This document shows, piece by piece, positions 19,320 to 28,891 of a DNA stretch of 57,222 nucleotides (positions are counted from its first letter, which is position 1; each line of letters opens with the position of its first letter). The stretch is taken from NCBI GenBank assembly GCA_964610305.1, contig CAZSVL010000001.1, positions 174,781 to 232,002 on the forward strand. The letters are read 5' to 3'. The notes under the pieces were generated by a model, which made no database searches, was not told the DNA's origin, and saw only the letters and a list, made by a program, of their open reading frames with translations. The DNA comes from an uncultured Gammaproteobacteria bacterium (GTDB taxonomy: Bacteria; Patescibacteriota; Patescibacteriia; Magasanikbacterales; JBBTXJ01). The position numbers and the translations under genes are program-made.

Positions 19320-21068
19320 ATGGAGCAAGCAGGATTCATTGAAGATATCCGCGTGCGATACGCGGCTGGACGTGAACGTTTGTTTATTTTGCATGGCAAT
19401 ACGGCAGATCTGTTTAGTAGTGCGGATGGTACGCTGCGGACACTTCCGGATCATTTGTTTGCACAGATCACTGGTGGTAAGCAAACAAACAAGATCTGGA
19501 TGCACTTTAGTGTAGACAGCGGTGTTCGGTGGATAAATGAGAAGGATGCGCAAGGCGTAGCTAGGCTGGGCAAGCTTGCAGCAAGTGAATCTGACGTACT
19601 TTTTACGCGCGATCCCTTGAATTGTCTTCGTCTTGTGAAGAACGTGTGCTCAAGGCGTGAAAAAGTGGCTGATAAAGCAGGTTCTGTGGTGCCGCTGCGT
19701 CTTGTCATGACAGATGCTCAGCACATTGTGCCGCAGTCTAGCTCTTCATTTATGCCAAAGGAAACACGAGAGATGCTTGTATTCCTGAAACGATTTGCGA
19801 GTGAGCCCTTCTACGATCAGACCGATACGTTGATCATTCTGGTTACCGACACACTCTCGGCAGTTCATGAGGAGCTGCGCGAGGCCGCGGTGTCAATTGA
19901 GCTGCTATCGCCGGATGAGGAGCAGGTTGGCGAGGATTTGATGCACGCTATTGCTCAATACGATACTGATTACGTGATAAATGATCTGGCAAACATGAAA
20001 GAATTGGCGATTGGATTGACCACTCGGCAGATTCAGAATGTGGTTGCGCAGACTAAGCACGCTGGCGTACCGTTATCCCCTGCTATTCTCTCGCGTCGTC
20101 GCAAGGAGTTGGTAAAGCGCTCTTATGGCGAGAATCTGGAGTTCCAGAAGCCTAGATGGGGTTTTGATGCGGTTGGTGGTGCTAAGACTGCGGTTGAGGC
20201 GCTTTCCTCTCTTGCACAGCTTCTAGCTAGTGGTGATCCTGACGTTCCCGCCGGTATCATCATGGCGGGGCAGAACGGTGTGGGGAAATCCTACATTGGT
20301 GAGGCGTTTGCTCATGAGGCTGGCATCAACGTGGTGAGTATTCCCCCGTTTAAATCTAGAGATTACGGCGGCACAGCGCGTGCGTGGAGTAAGATTGAGA
20401 CAGGTCTTAAGTCTTGCAGACGCATCATTGTGAAGGTGGATGAAGCTGATGCGCGTTTGGGTAAGCGCTCTGGCGATGTCCATGAGACTAGCAAAGAGCT
20501 TATCTCACGACAGCTTGAGTTCATCGGTGATCCAGCATATGTTGGTAGAATCTTCTGGATTCTGATGACCTGCCGACCTGATGAGCTTGCGCCAGACTTT
20601 AAGCGACCTGGACGATGTGACACGGTAATTCCGCTGTTTCCGATCCTTGATCAGGATGAGGCACTGGAGATTCTACGTGCTGTCATGAAGTTTCTGTCTA
20701 ATTCACGGGGATATAAATTTGACATGCCAGAGCTAGAGGTTGAGCATGAGCTTATGACTATGCTTATTGGTAAGACGGGTGGTGACATTAAAAAAATCCT
20801 GCGCAAAGCAAGAGTTGAATCTAAGCGCGATGGAGGAAGACTAATTACTACGCCTGATCTTGAACAGGTTCTTCGCAGCAGCTCTCGTACCAAGGCAGTT
20901 CCTGCCGCCTATGAGCTTCAACAGCTTGTAGGTATTGTAGAGGCGCTGGAGACGGGCAATGAAGAGATGATTCCGCCAGAAATCTGGAAGCAGCATCGTC
21001 TTGACATGCCGTCTAGCTTGACTAAATGCAATGAACGTATTAGAGAGCTTAGACACCTACTTGATTAA
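19320..21068 (+). CDS. AAA ATPase with degenerate N-terminal AAA-like module (Ycf46/SpoVK-like architecture)
   Basis: Walker A GQNGVGKS, Walker B VKVDEAD, SRH TCRPDELAPDFKRPGRCD; SD AGGAG. Confidence 0.88.
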   Translation: MEQAGFIEDIRVRYAAGRERLFILHGNTADLFSSADGTLRTLPDHLFAQITGGKQTNKIWMHFSVDSGVRWINEKDAQGVARLGKLAASESDVLFTRDPLNCLRLVKNVCSRREKVADKAGSVVPLRLVMTDAQHIVPQSSSSFMPKETREMLVFLKRFASEPFYDQTDTLIILVTDTLSAVHEELREAAVSIELLSPDEEQVGEDLMHAIAQYDTDYVINDLANMKELAIGLTTRQIQNVVAQTKHAGVPLSPAILSRRRKELVKRSYGENLEFQKPRWGFDAVGGAKTAVEALSSLAQLLASGDPDVPAGIIMAGQNGVGKSYIGEAFAHEAGINVVSIPPFKSRDYGGTARAWSKIETGLKSCRRIIVKVDEADARLGKRSGDVHETSKELISRQLEFIGDPAYVGRIFWILMTCRPDELAPDFKRPGRCDTVIPLFPILDQDEALEILRAVMKFLSNSRGYKFDMPELEVEHELMTMLIGKTGGDIKKILRKARVESKRDGGRLITTPDLEQVLRSSSRTKAVPAAYELQQLVGIVEALETGNEEMIPPEIWKQHRLDMPSSLTKCNERIRELRHLLD

Positions 21069-21075
21069 AGAGACG

Positions 21076-21102
21076 CCGGCTACAACAGGTAGCCGGTTTT
21101 TT
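21076..21102 (+). terminator. Intrinsic terminator ending the island
   Basis: CCGGCTAC-AACAG-GTAGCCGG-TTTTTT. Confidence 0.85.
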
Positions 21103-21116
21103 GTTATAATAAGCTC

Positions 21117-21503
21117 ATGCAAATTCACAAGGACTCCCCTGCCCTGCGTCTTACCTACTTTTGGCTGGGTCTTATAGCAACATTTTCGTATCGCATTATA
21201 ATCGTACTCAATTTTTACGAGCCTATTTTTGTTAAAATTGCTTGGTATGTTGGAACTATAGGATTCCTAATTTATTTTTGGAATCGCTACCGCGTAATAA
21301 AGCAGTTTGACAGACTCATTGAAGAGCAAAAATTAGTTGCGGCTGTAAAAAAGGCAAAGGGAATCAGCTCTAACCAAAAAAAGGCACTGGCCTTTATTGT
21401 ACAAACGCTCGACACCACCAAAGCGCAAATAAACTACGAGGCTATATTTATTTTATCCGGATTGGCACTTGTGGCCGGAATTATTCTGGATTTTGTTGTT
21501 TGA
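21117..21503 (+). CDS. Hypothetical membrane protein
   Basis: 128 aa, three hydrophobic segments. Confidence 0.7.
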   Translation: MQIHKDSPALRLTYFWLGLIATFSYRIIIVLNFYEPIFVKIAWYVGTIGFLIYFWNRYRVIKQFDRLIEEQKLVAAVKKAKGISSNQKKALAFIVQTLDTTKAQINYEAIFILSGLALVAGIILDFVV

Positions 21504-21510
21504 GTATATT

Positions 21511-21596
21511 GTCATCCCGGGCTTGACCCGGGATCTCACAGAAAAATTCGGCTTAGTTGCGCTCACTGTTAGACTCTGAATCAAGTTCAGGACAAC
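21511..21596. repeat. REP-like palindrome doublet (GTCAT/CGTC type)
   Basis: GTCATCCCGGGCTTGACCCGGGATCT and inverted, diverged copy AGACTCTGAATCAAGTTCAGGACAAC between convergent genes. Confidence 0.7.
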
Positions 21597-21604
21597 TTTT
21601 TGAT

Positions 21605-22408
21605 TTATAAGTCAAGTTGCCTCAGGTTATAGACGGTTGCAGCAAGAAACACGGCTCCGGCCAATAAAAATACCAACAAATGTTCTCCAGGCACGCCGTG
21701 ACCCATAAGAATTTCCGTTGGTTTGCCGTAGTATTTTAGAAATGAAAGGAAATATATCTTTTCGGCTGCCTCGCTTAAAGATGCCAGCACATGAACAAGA
21801 TATGATCCAACTAAGAATGCGGCACACGCTCCGTATACTTTTGAGACACTCTTAGACAAGGACGACAAAAAAGCAGTAAATGAGAGGAGCGCAAAACTCA
21901 TGAGCAAGGAGAGTATAAAAAAGTCTGATAATCCAACGCCAACCATCTTCTCGCCCAAAATTTTTGCAGACACCATTACCGAAAGAAGCGAGATTCCAAT
22001 TATGGCTGCCACCATCGCATACAATGCTATAAAGGAGACTCTAAACATGGTGCTACGCTTGCATGGGAGCGAAAAAGTAAATTCTGCAGTGCCGCGATCC
22101 CGCTCCCCCGCTAAAATGCTGGCTCCAAAAGAAAAAATGAGCAAGCAAAGCAGTATCAGATACATTAAAGAGAAATACTCTGCAGACATGAAACCTGCAA
22201 AAGTGGTAAAGGTATCGCCGCTAATGCCAAAAGCCTCTACAAGAGCCGGCGGATATGCGGAAAGGAGCTCTTCAAATTTGTCGCGATTCTCCTGTACCGC
22301 CGGAAAAAAAGCTGCAATCATTGCAACATAGACAACAGAAATAAGCGCATAGATAAAAAATCTTCCTTTGTTGTTTCTGATGATTTTTTTTAATATAGCC
22401 AGGGTCAT
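21605..22408 (-). CDS. ABC-2 type exporter permease
   Basis: AGERDRGTAEFTFSLPCKR motif, about 6 TM segments. Confidence 0.88.
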   Translation of the reverse strand: MTLAILKKIIRNNKGRFFIYALISVVYVAMIAAFFPAVQENRDKFEELLSAYPPALVEAFGISGDTFTTFAGFMSAEYFSLMYLILLCLLIFSFGASILAGERDRGTAEFTFSLPCKRSTMFRVSFIALYAMVAAIIGISLLSVMVSAKILGEKMVGVGLSDFFILSLLMSFALLSFTAFLSSLSKSVSKVYGACAAFLVGSYLVHVLASLSEAAEKIYFLSFLKYYGKPTEILMGHGVPGEHLLVFLLAGAVFLAATVYNLRQLDL

Positions 22409-23304
22409 GCGGTGTCTGCTTTATAATATTTAAGAAAAACATCCTCCAGATCAGGGTATGCGGCGTTTAAATCTATCACTTCATATGAATGCAGAGCCTT
22501 TATAAGTTGACCCATAGCTGCGCTCTTTACCAAAAGCTGAATTGATCGCGGTTTGGATTGCAGAATTTTTACGCCCTGGATGTTTTGAAAATCAGCCAGA
22601 GAGTAGTCTTCTGCAAATACTGCCGTTACGTTTTTGTGGCGCTTGTGGCGCAAGTCTTGCACAGTCTGTACATCTATAAGGGTTCCGCTTCTTATGATGC
22701 CGGCTCTGTCGCACACTTTTTCTACCTCAGGAAGGTTGTGGGATGAGAAGAAAATGGTTACGCCTTCGTTTTTTAAATCTGCAAGCAGAGAATATAGCTC
22801 TTGCTGAGAGAGCGGATCCAAACCAGATGTTGGTTCATCTAAGATGAGCAATTCTGGCTTGTGAAATAAGGCCAATAAAATACCGATTTTTTGCTTGTTT
22901 CCCTTAGATAGCTTATTTACGGGAGAGTTCAGATTACAGCCTAACCGCTCAACGAGCTCCGCGGTGCGCTGCTTGGATACGCGTTTTTTGTAAAAAGCGC
23001 CTGCGAATTGCAAAAGCTGCTTACCGTTCCAATGAGGATACAGATGATCATCCGATGGTAGATAGCCAATTTTTTTCAAAATCTCAGGATAATTCTCTGA
23101 CAAAGATTTGCCAAAAATACGTATCTCCCCTGCCGTTGGCAAAAGCGTATGCATGAGCAATCTAATGGTAGTAGTTTTGCCAGCACCATTTGGCCCCAGA
23201 AAACCAAAAATCTCTCCAGGCATTACTTTTAGATCTAGTCCCTCAACACCACATACTCTTTTGTAATATTTGGTGAGTGCCTCAGTTTTTATAACCGGTT
23301 TCAT
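22405..23304 (-). CDS. ABC-2 type exporter ATP-binding protein
   Basis: GPNGAGKTT, LSKGNKQK, LDEPTSGLD, SSH. Confidence 0.93.
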   Translation of the reverse strand: MKPVIKTEALTKYYKRVCGVEGLDLKVMPGEIFGFLGPNGAGKTTTIRLLMHTLLPTAGEIRIFGKSLSENYPEILKKIGYLPSDDHLYPHWNGKQLLQFAGAFYKKRVSKQRTAELVERLGCNLNSPVNKLSKGNKQKIGILLALFHKPELLILDEPTSGLDPLSQQELYSLLADLKNEGVTIFFSSHNLPEVEKVCDRAGIIRSGTLIDVQTVQDLRHKRHKNVTAVFAEDYSLADFQNIQGVKILQSKPRSIQLLVKSAAMGQLIKALHSYEVIDLNAAYPDLEDVFLKYYKADTA

Positions 23305-23336
23305 AAGGTCAGCTTAGCAGAATACTGCAAATCAGT

Positions 23337-23358
23337 AAAAAAAGACCCCGAGGGGTCT
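23337..23358 (-). terminator. Intrinsic terminator after second pilB
   Basis: AGACCCC/GGGGTCT stem with A-run on plus strand. Confidence 0.7.
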
Positions 23359-23363
23359 GAATT

Positions 23364-25088
23364 TTAGCTTACGCGCAAAACTTCCTCTAGTGTGGTGAGT
23401 CCTTGCGCGAATTTTTTTAATCCGGCCTGGCGGAGTGTCTGCATTCCCTCTTTGATTGCAATTTCAGAGAGCTCTGCAGCGCTTAAACCGTTGTTTATTG
23501 CTTCTTTGATGGGAGAGCTCATAGGCATGACTTCATAGAGGGCTACGCGTCCGCGATAGCCGGTGCCGCTGCAATGTCTGCATCCAGAGCCGCTTTTTGT
23601 AGTTGCATTTTCAAAGTCTTCCTCTGTCATCCCCGCGGCAATACAATCGTCTTTTTTCCACGATTCTTCCGTTAGGCAATGCAGGCAGTTTCTTCTCACC
23701 AGTCTCTGCGCCACCACAAGTCGTACCGCACTATTGACCATATGACCTTCTACACCAATGTTGGTAAGGCGCGTAATGGTAGAGGGAGCATCGTTAGTGT
23801 GAAGCGTAGAGAGCACCATGTGGCCCGTGAGAGCTGCCTTAATAGCAATCTCTGCCGTCTCATAATCTCTAATCTCTCCCACCAAGATAATGTCGGGATC
23901 TTGTCTCAAAAAAGATCTCAGCGCTTTTTCAAAATTCAATCCAATATCATCGTTCATTTGCATCTGAGAGATGCCATTTAGCTCAAACTCAATGGGATCC
24001 TCTGCTGTGCAGATATTCTCTGAGATTTTATTAAGGTCCATCAGAGCACTGTAGAGCGTTGTGGTTTTTCCAGAGCCTGTTGGCCCCGTGACCAGCACCA
24101 TGCCCCACGGTGCATGCACGGCTTGCTTGAATCGTTTGTAGTCCTCCGGCTCAAAACCAAGTTTGGACATGTCTGTCTGCAGATTTTTGCGATCCAAAAG
24201 ACGCAGTACAGCTTTTTCTCCATGAGCAAAAGGAGCGATGGAGACACGGAAATCGCACTCTCTTTTGGTTTCGGGGATGGTGTATGGCATACGTCCATCT
24301 TGCGGGAGTCTCCGCTCAGCAATATTCAATTCACTCATGATCTTAATGCGTGAGACAAGCTGCGCTTTAAGATATTCCGGTAGCGTTTCAATCTCCTGCA
24401 TAACGCCGTCTATGCGGAATCTTACTCTCACGCGATCCTCAAAGGGCTCAATGTGAATGTCAGAGGCGCCGCGTTTGATTGCATCGGTCAGGAGCATGTC
24501 TACAATGGCTACCACGGGTTTAGCTTCTGATGATCTCTCAAGCAGGCCTTGATCCTCTGGGTCGGCTTGATCGTATTCTCCGCTTTGTTCAATTTCATCT
24601 AGGTGCGGGCGGAGTCCATCTGACAGTGAGTTTTTCTCGAGAGATTCGTAGAAGCGTTCAATGGCATCCTTGATTGCTCTGCCGGACGCCACAACCATCT
24701 CTATGGGCATGCCCGCTACGCTTATCATGTCATCAAAAACTTTTACATTGCCTGGATCGGCAAACGCAACAATAAGCGAGTCTGATCCTCTGGCGATGGG
24801 AACAACGTTGTGCTTTTCGCACCAGTGTTTTGGAATGGATCTGATGATATCTTCATCAGGAATTCCCATGTCATCAAGCGGTACGGTTGTCACGCTGTGG
24901 AAGTTTGAGAGAAATTCAACCAGATCTTCTTCTTTTATGACACGCATTTGTTCTAGTTTCTGTAAAAATGCGCCCTGCGGAATTCCACCTTCAAGCAATC
25001 GCCTTAAGGTTGCCTCATCAAGCAGACCAGCGCGGAGCATCATCTCCGCTCTTGTGTTGTAAGATCTTTCCTCTGGCTTATCGCCCAT
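23364..25088 (-). CDS. pilB: Second PilB-type assembly ATPase (stand-alone)
   Basis: MshEN-like N-terminus, RRLPQDGR, GPTGSGKT, RQDPDIILVGEIRD, LHTNDA, CxxC pairs; SD AAGGAGG before ATG 25088. Confidence 0.92.
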   Translation of the reverse strand: MGDKPEERSYNTRAEMMLRAGLLDEATLRRLLEGGIPQGAFLQKLEQMRVIKEEDLVEFLSNFHSVTTVPLDDMGIPDEDIIRSIPKHWCEKHNVVPIARGSDSLIVAFADPGNVKVFDDMISVAGMPIEMVVASGRAIKDAIERFYESLEKNSLSDGLRPHLDEIEQSGEYDQADPEDQGLLERSSEAKPVVAIVDMLLTDAIKRGASDIHIEPFEDRVRVRFRIDGVMQEIETLPEYLKAQLVSRIKIMSELNIAERRLPQDGRMPYTIPETKRECDFRVSIAPFAHGEKAVLRLLDRKNLQTDMSKLGFEPEDYKRFKQAVHAPWGMVLVTGPTGSGKTTTLYSALMDLNKISENICTAEDPIEFELNGISQMQMNDDIGLNFEKALRSFLRQDPDIILVGEIRDYETAEIAIKAALTGHMVLSTLHTNDAPSTITRLTNIGVEGHMVNSAVRLVVAQRLVRRNCLHCLTEESWKKDDCIAAGMTEEDFENATTKSGSGCRHCSGTGYRGRVALYEVMPMSSPIKEAINNGLSAAELSEIAIKEGMQTLRQAGLKKFAQGLTTLEEVLRVS

Positions 25089-25148
25089 GATCTCCTCCTT
25101 GCCTATTTCTACGATACACAGCGGTAGCGGCGCCGTCAAGATGCAACC

Positions 25149-25174
25149 AAAAAACCCGCAAAATGCGGGCTTTT
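25149..25174. terminator. Intrinsic terminator
   Basis: AAAAAACCCGCA-AAA-TGCGGGCTTTT. Confidence 0.7.
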
Positions 25175-25186
25175 CTGTTTGTTATT

Positions 25187-25594
25187 CTATTTCCACCACT
25201 CGCGCCTGCTTTTTGGCCACCCCCTGATCAGAAGCAATGCAAGCGGCGCTCCCCAGTTTGCCCAGCGCTCCACGAAATCCCAGAAAGGATCTGGACCAAA
25301 GGGCCACCGTATAAGGGCCGTCCAGAGTCCCCACAGAGCCATCCAGAGCACGGCTATCCTGACAGGACGAAACAAAACGTGCAGTGCCAGCAAAATATCC
25401 ATGATTCCTACCACAAGCAGGATCGTCACCATGGTTTGCTCATCAGTGATACCAAAGGGGGTAAAATATTTAAACCACCCCTCTTTGCCTTGCAGCGCAA
25501 AGACGCCGTGGCCAATAAATTCTCCGGCAACGGCAATACGCAGTACCCACTGTGGAGCACTGTGTCTTGATAGAACCTCGCGCACTTTATTCAT
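25187..25594 (-). CDS. DoxX-like membrane protein
   Basis: WVLRIAVAGEFIGHG motif, about 4 hydrophobic segments. Confidence 0.65.
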   Translation of the reverse strand: MNKVREVLSRHSAPQWVLRIAVAGEFIGHGVFALQGKEGWFKYFTPFGITDEQTMVTILLVVGIMDILLALHVLFRPVRIAVLWMALWGLWTALIRWPFGPDPFWDFVERWANWGAPLALLLIRGWPKSRREWWK

Positions 25595-25821
25595 AGTGTT
25601 TATTTTTTTTGAGACTTTTGTGCAAGCATTTCATGCTTTTTTGCCAAGCGCTTTGCGGTTTTACGGGATCGTGTTTTTTTCATTTTACCGATTGCCGTTC
25701 TTCTTTTTGCCATAAGTAGTTGTAATAATCTTTCAGGCTACACTATAATATAGATGTTAATGCCGGTCAAGTGACAAATAACTATTTTGGCGGTATGCTA
25801 AAGCTTTGAAACAATAATCAT

Positions 25822-26052
25822 ATGAAAAAAACCACGTGTAGAGATCTAAGAGGGGCTTGCGATGCTGAAATTACGGCAGAGACAGCGGAGCAAATGGGGG
25901 AAAACTGCAAGCAACATGTACTGCAAGAAATACAAGAGGGTGATACAGCTCACAAAGAAGCGGTTGAAAAATGGATGCAAGTGCCCAAAGAGGAGCAGGA
26001 AAAATGGTTTGAAGATTTTAAGGCTGATTTTGACTCGCTTGCAGATGCCTAA
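25822..26052 (+). CDS. DUF1059-like small metal-binding protein
   Basis: TCRDLRGACD...HV pattern. Confidence 0.7.
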   Translation: MKKTTCRDLRGACDAEITAETAEQMGENCKQHVLQEIQEGDTAHKEAVEKWMQVPKEEQEKWFEDFKADFDSLADA

Positions 26053-26632
26053 AGAAATAAAACGCTGCCCATGGCCGCAGAATGACCAGCTCATGACTAA
26101 CTATCATGATAAAGAGTGGGGCGTCCCGGTTCATGACGATAACCACCTCTTTGAGGTGCTTTGTTTGGATGGAGCTCAGGCAGGATTATCTTGGCGCACG
26201 ATACTTCATAAACGGGAAAATTATCGCAAAGCCTTTGATGGTTTTGACGTAAGAAAGGTGGCGCTGTATGGAGACAAAAAAGTAGATGAGCTACTTGGTA
26301 ACGCAGGCATCGTTCGCAATCGTTTAAAAATACGATCGGCAATTAGAAACGCGAACGTATTTGTTGAGATACAGAAAGAATTTGGAACTTTTGATAGTTA
26401 TTTGTGGGGATTTACCAAGGGTAAAACTATAGATGGTAAGCGTGTATCTATGCAAAGTGTTCCGGCTACAACAACGCTCTCTGATACCATAAGTAAGGAC
26501 CTAAAAAAACGCGGCATGAACTTTGTTGGCTCAACTATTATATACGCCGTGCTGCAAAGCATGGGAATAGTAAATGACCACCGCACGGACTGTTTTAGAT
26601 ACAAACAGATTAAGCGCCAGCAGCTTAGCTAA
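26045..26632 (+). CDS. tag: DNA-3-methyladenine glycosylase I
   Basis: RCPW, YHDKEWG, QAGLSW, IVRNRLKI, NDHRTDC; start moved to MPKE at 26045. Confidence 0.95.
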   Translation: MPKEIKRCPWPQNDQLMTNYHDKEWGVPVHDDNHLFEVLCLDGAQAGLSWRTILHKRENYRKAFDGFDVRKVALYGDKKVDELLGNAGIVRNRLKIRSAIRNANVFVEIQKEFGTFDSYLWGFTKGKTIDGKRVSMQSVPATTTLSDTISKDLKKRGMNFVGSTIIYAVLQSMGIVNDHRTDCFRYKQIKRQQLS

Positions 26633-26739
26633 ACAAAGAGGGACAAGGAGATGTCTCCTCAATCATTGCATGATAGATGCGTCCATAAAAAACATGAGAC
26701 CGGCCATGTTTTTTATGTGTCACCAGACAACTACATGCG

Positions 26740-28890
26740 CTACGCGTTCCTTAATCTCAAAGAATTAAGCAATACAGAAACAGAAGAAAACGCCATGGCG
26801 CCGGCAGCAAACATAGGATTTAAAAATCCAAGAGCAGCCAAAGGGATCCCAATCGTGTTGTAGATAAACGCCCAAAACAGGTTTTGTTTTATGGTTCTAA
26901 ACGTTCTTCTGGACAGATGTATTGATTCCGGAATTTTGAGCGGGTCTCCGCTCATCAGAACAATTTGTCCGGATTCAATAGCAATATCCGTTCCAGTACC
27001 CATAGCAATACCCATATCAGCTTGCGTTAGCGCCGGTGCATCATTTATCCCATCGCCAGCAAATGCTACTTTTTTGCCGCTCTTTTGAGCTACTTTAACA
27101 AGCTGAAGCTTATCCTCTGGCATAACCTCAGCATGAATCTCATCAATTCCAACCCTCTTGGCGATGGCTTGAGCTGTTTTTTTGTTATCTCCCGTGATCA
27201 TAGCAGTTTTCATGCCAAGTTTGTGAAGCTGTTGGATCGCTTCTTTTGCGTTGTCTTTTACCTTATCTGCAATTGCTATAATCCCCACAAAATCACTTCC
27301 TACAGAAACAAAGACAACTGTTTTAGCGTCACGCTCAAAAGCGTCTACTTTTTTAGCAAAAGCGTCCGGGATATTGGCAACCTCCTGAATAAAACTGCGT
27401 CTGCCTACTCTGACCATTCTTTCACCAACTTTTGCCTCAACCCCCTTACCAACAACTGAGTGGAATCCTGACGCGGTCATCAGATTGAGCTTGTGTTCTT
27501 CCGCTTTGACTTCTATTGCTTGCGCAAGAGGGTGCTCAGAGAGCGCTTCAACGCTGGCCGCATAGCCAAGAAGCTCTCCGGTGCTCATTATATGGGCAGC
27601 CAAATCCGTAACTGAGGGTTTTCCTTCTGTTATAGTCCCTGTTTTGTCAAGCATGATAATATCAAGCTTATCTCCACGCTCCAACGCCTCGCCTGACTTG
27701 ATAAAGACACCCTTTGTTGCCGCCCTGCCGGTACCAACTAAAATGGCCGTTGGTGTAGCCAGTCCAAGAGCGCACGGACACGCAATTACCAGCACCGCAA
27801 CTGCAGCTATAAGCGCGGGCTGCACAACGCCAACTACCAGAAACCAAACAATAAATGTTATAAGAGCAATTACTACCACCACCGGTACAAAAATGCCGGA
27901 AATTTTATCCACCATTTTTTGCATAGGCGCCTTCTGCTCTTGAGCTTCCTGGACTAGCTTGACAATGCGTGATAGTGCTGTGTCTCCACCTACTGCGGTA
28001 ATCTCAACGTGCAGGGCGCCGTTTTGATTCACCGTAGCGCCAAAAACCAGCGACTCCTCCTGCTTTGAAATTGGCAAACTCTCGCCGGTCAGCATTGACT
28101 CATCAATATTTGATTGACCTTTTACCACAACACCGTCAAGCGGGATTTTCTCTCCGGGCTTCACGAGCACGGTGTCCCCCACTTTTAATGATTCCACAGG
28201 AACATCTTTGGTGCTACCCGACGACGTTATCTTATGAGCCTCTTTTACGCCAAGCTCAAGTAACTTGCTAATAGCCTCACTTGCTCTTCCTTTACTTAAA
28301 TTCTCCATATATCGGCCCACCAAAATGAGGGTAATTATGACCGCTGCAGTCTCAAAATAGACATGCCCGCCACTGAGCAAAGACCACCAGCTAAATATAA
28401 GCGCTGCCAGTGTTCCCAATGAGATTAAAGAGTCCATATTGGCCGAGGCTTTTCTGAGTTGCTTTAGAGCAACTACATGAAAACCAATACCGGGACCCAG
28501 CACCACCGCTGTTGTAAGCACCGCCTCTATCCATTTATTTAGTGAGCTACCCAGAATCGGTGCACCAAACGATATGTTGCTCATTGCTAAAACCACAACG
28601 GGAATAGACAGTAAGACAGAAATCCAAATTTTTTTCTTTAGCGCTGAGGATTCCCCTCCGTGATGATCATGATCAGAACCGGGCTCTGCACTAGCAACTC
28701 TGTATCCCTCTGACTTTACCACGTCATAGAGCGCCTGAGGATCTTCTAAAGAAGATTCCACTGCGGCTTGCGTGAGTGCGTAATTCACGCTTGCATCCAT
28801 AACCTCTGGCAAGTCCTTAAGCGCTGCTTCAATTTTTACTGCACACGAGGCGCAGTGCATCCCCTCAATTTTAAAGGTATGTTTTTTCAT
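26740..28890 (-). CDS. copA: Cu(I)-translocating P1B-type ATPase
   Basis: GMHCASC HMA domain, TGES, CPC, DKTGT, SEHP, GDGIND, YN and MAFSS motifs. Confidence 0.95.
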   Translation of the reverse strand: MKKHTFKIEGMHCASCAVKIEAALKDLPEVMDASVNYALTQAAVESSLEDPQALYDVVKSEGYRVASAEPGSDHDHHGGESSALKKKIWISVLLSIPVVVLAMSNISFGAPILGSSLNKWIEAVLTTAVVLGPGIGFHVVALKQLRKASANMDSLISLGTLAALIFSWWSLLSGGHVYFETAAVIITLILVGRYMENLSKGRASEAISKLLELGVKEAHKITSSGSTKDVPVESLKVGDTVLVKPGEKIPLDGVVVKGQSNIDESMLTGESLPISKQEESLVFGATVNQNGALHVEITAVGGDTALSRIVKLVQEAQEQKAPMQKMVDKISGIFVPVVVVIALITFIVWFLVVGVVQPALIAAVAVLVIACPCALGLATPTAILVGTGRAATKGVFIKSGEALERGDKLDIIMLDKTGTITEGKPSVTDLAAHIMSTGELLGYAASVEALSEHPLAQAIEVKAEEHKLNLMTASGFHSVVGKGVEAKVGERMVRVGRRSFIQEVANIPDAFAKKVDAFERDAKTVVFVSVGSDFVGIIAIADKVKDNAKEAIQQLHKLGMKTAMITGDNKKTAQAIAKRVGIDEIHAEVMPEDKLQLVKVAQKSGKKVAFAGDGINDAPALTQADMGIAMGTGTDIAIESGQIVLMSGDPLKIPESIHLSRRTFRTIKQNLFWAFIYNTIGIPLAALGFLNPMFAAGAMAFSSVSVLLNSLRLRNA

Positions 28891-28891
28891 A

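Noticed and set aside
12830-21110. Terminal or direct repeats delimiting the PspA island
   Set aside because: None found by eye; only terminators flank it, so it is not called a mobile element
25163-25715. Plus-strand ORFs 25163..25570 and 25179..25715
   Set aside because: Overlap the minus-strand membrane protein, which has a coherent TM pattern and terminator
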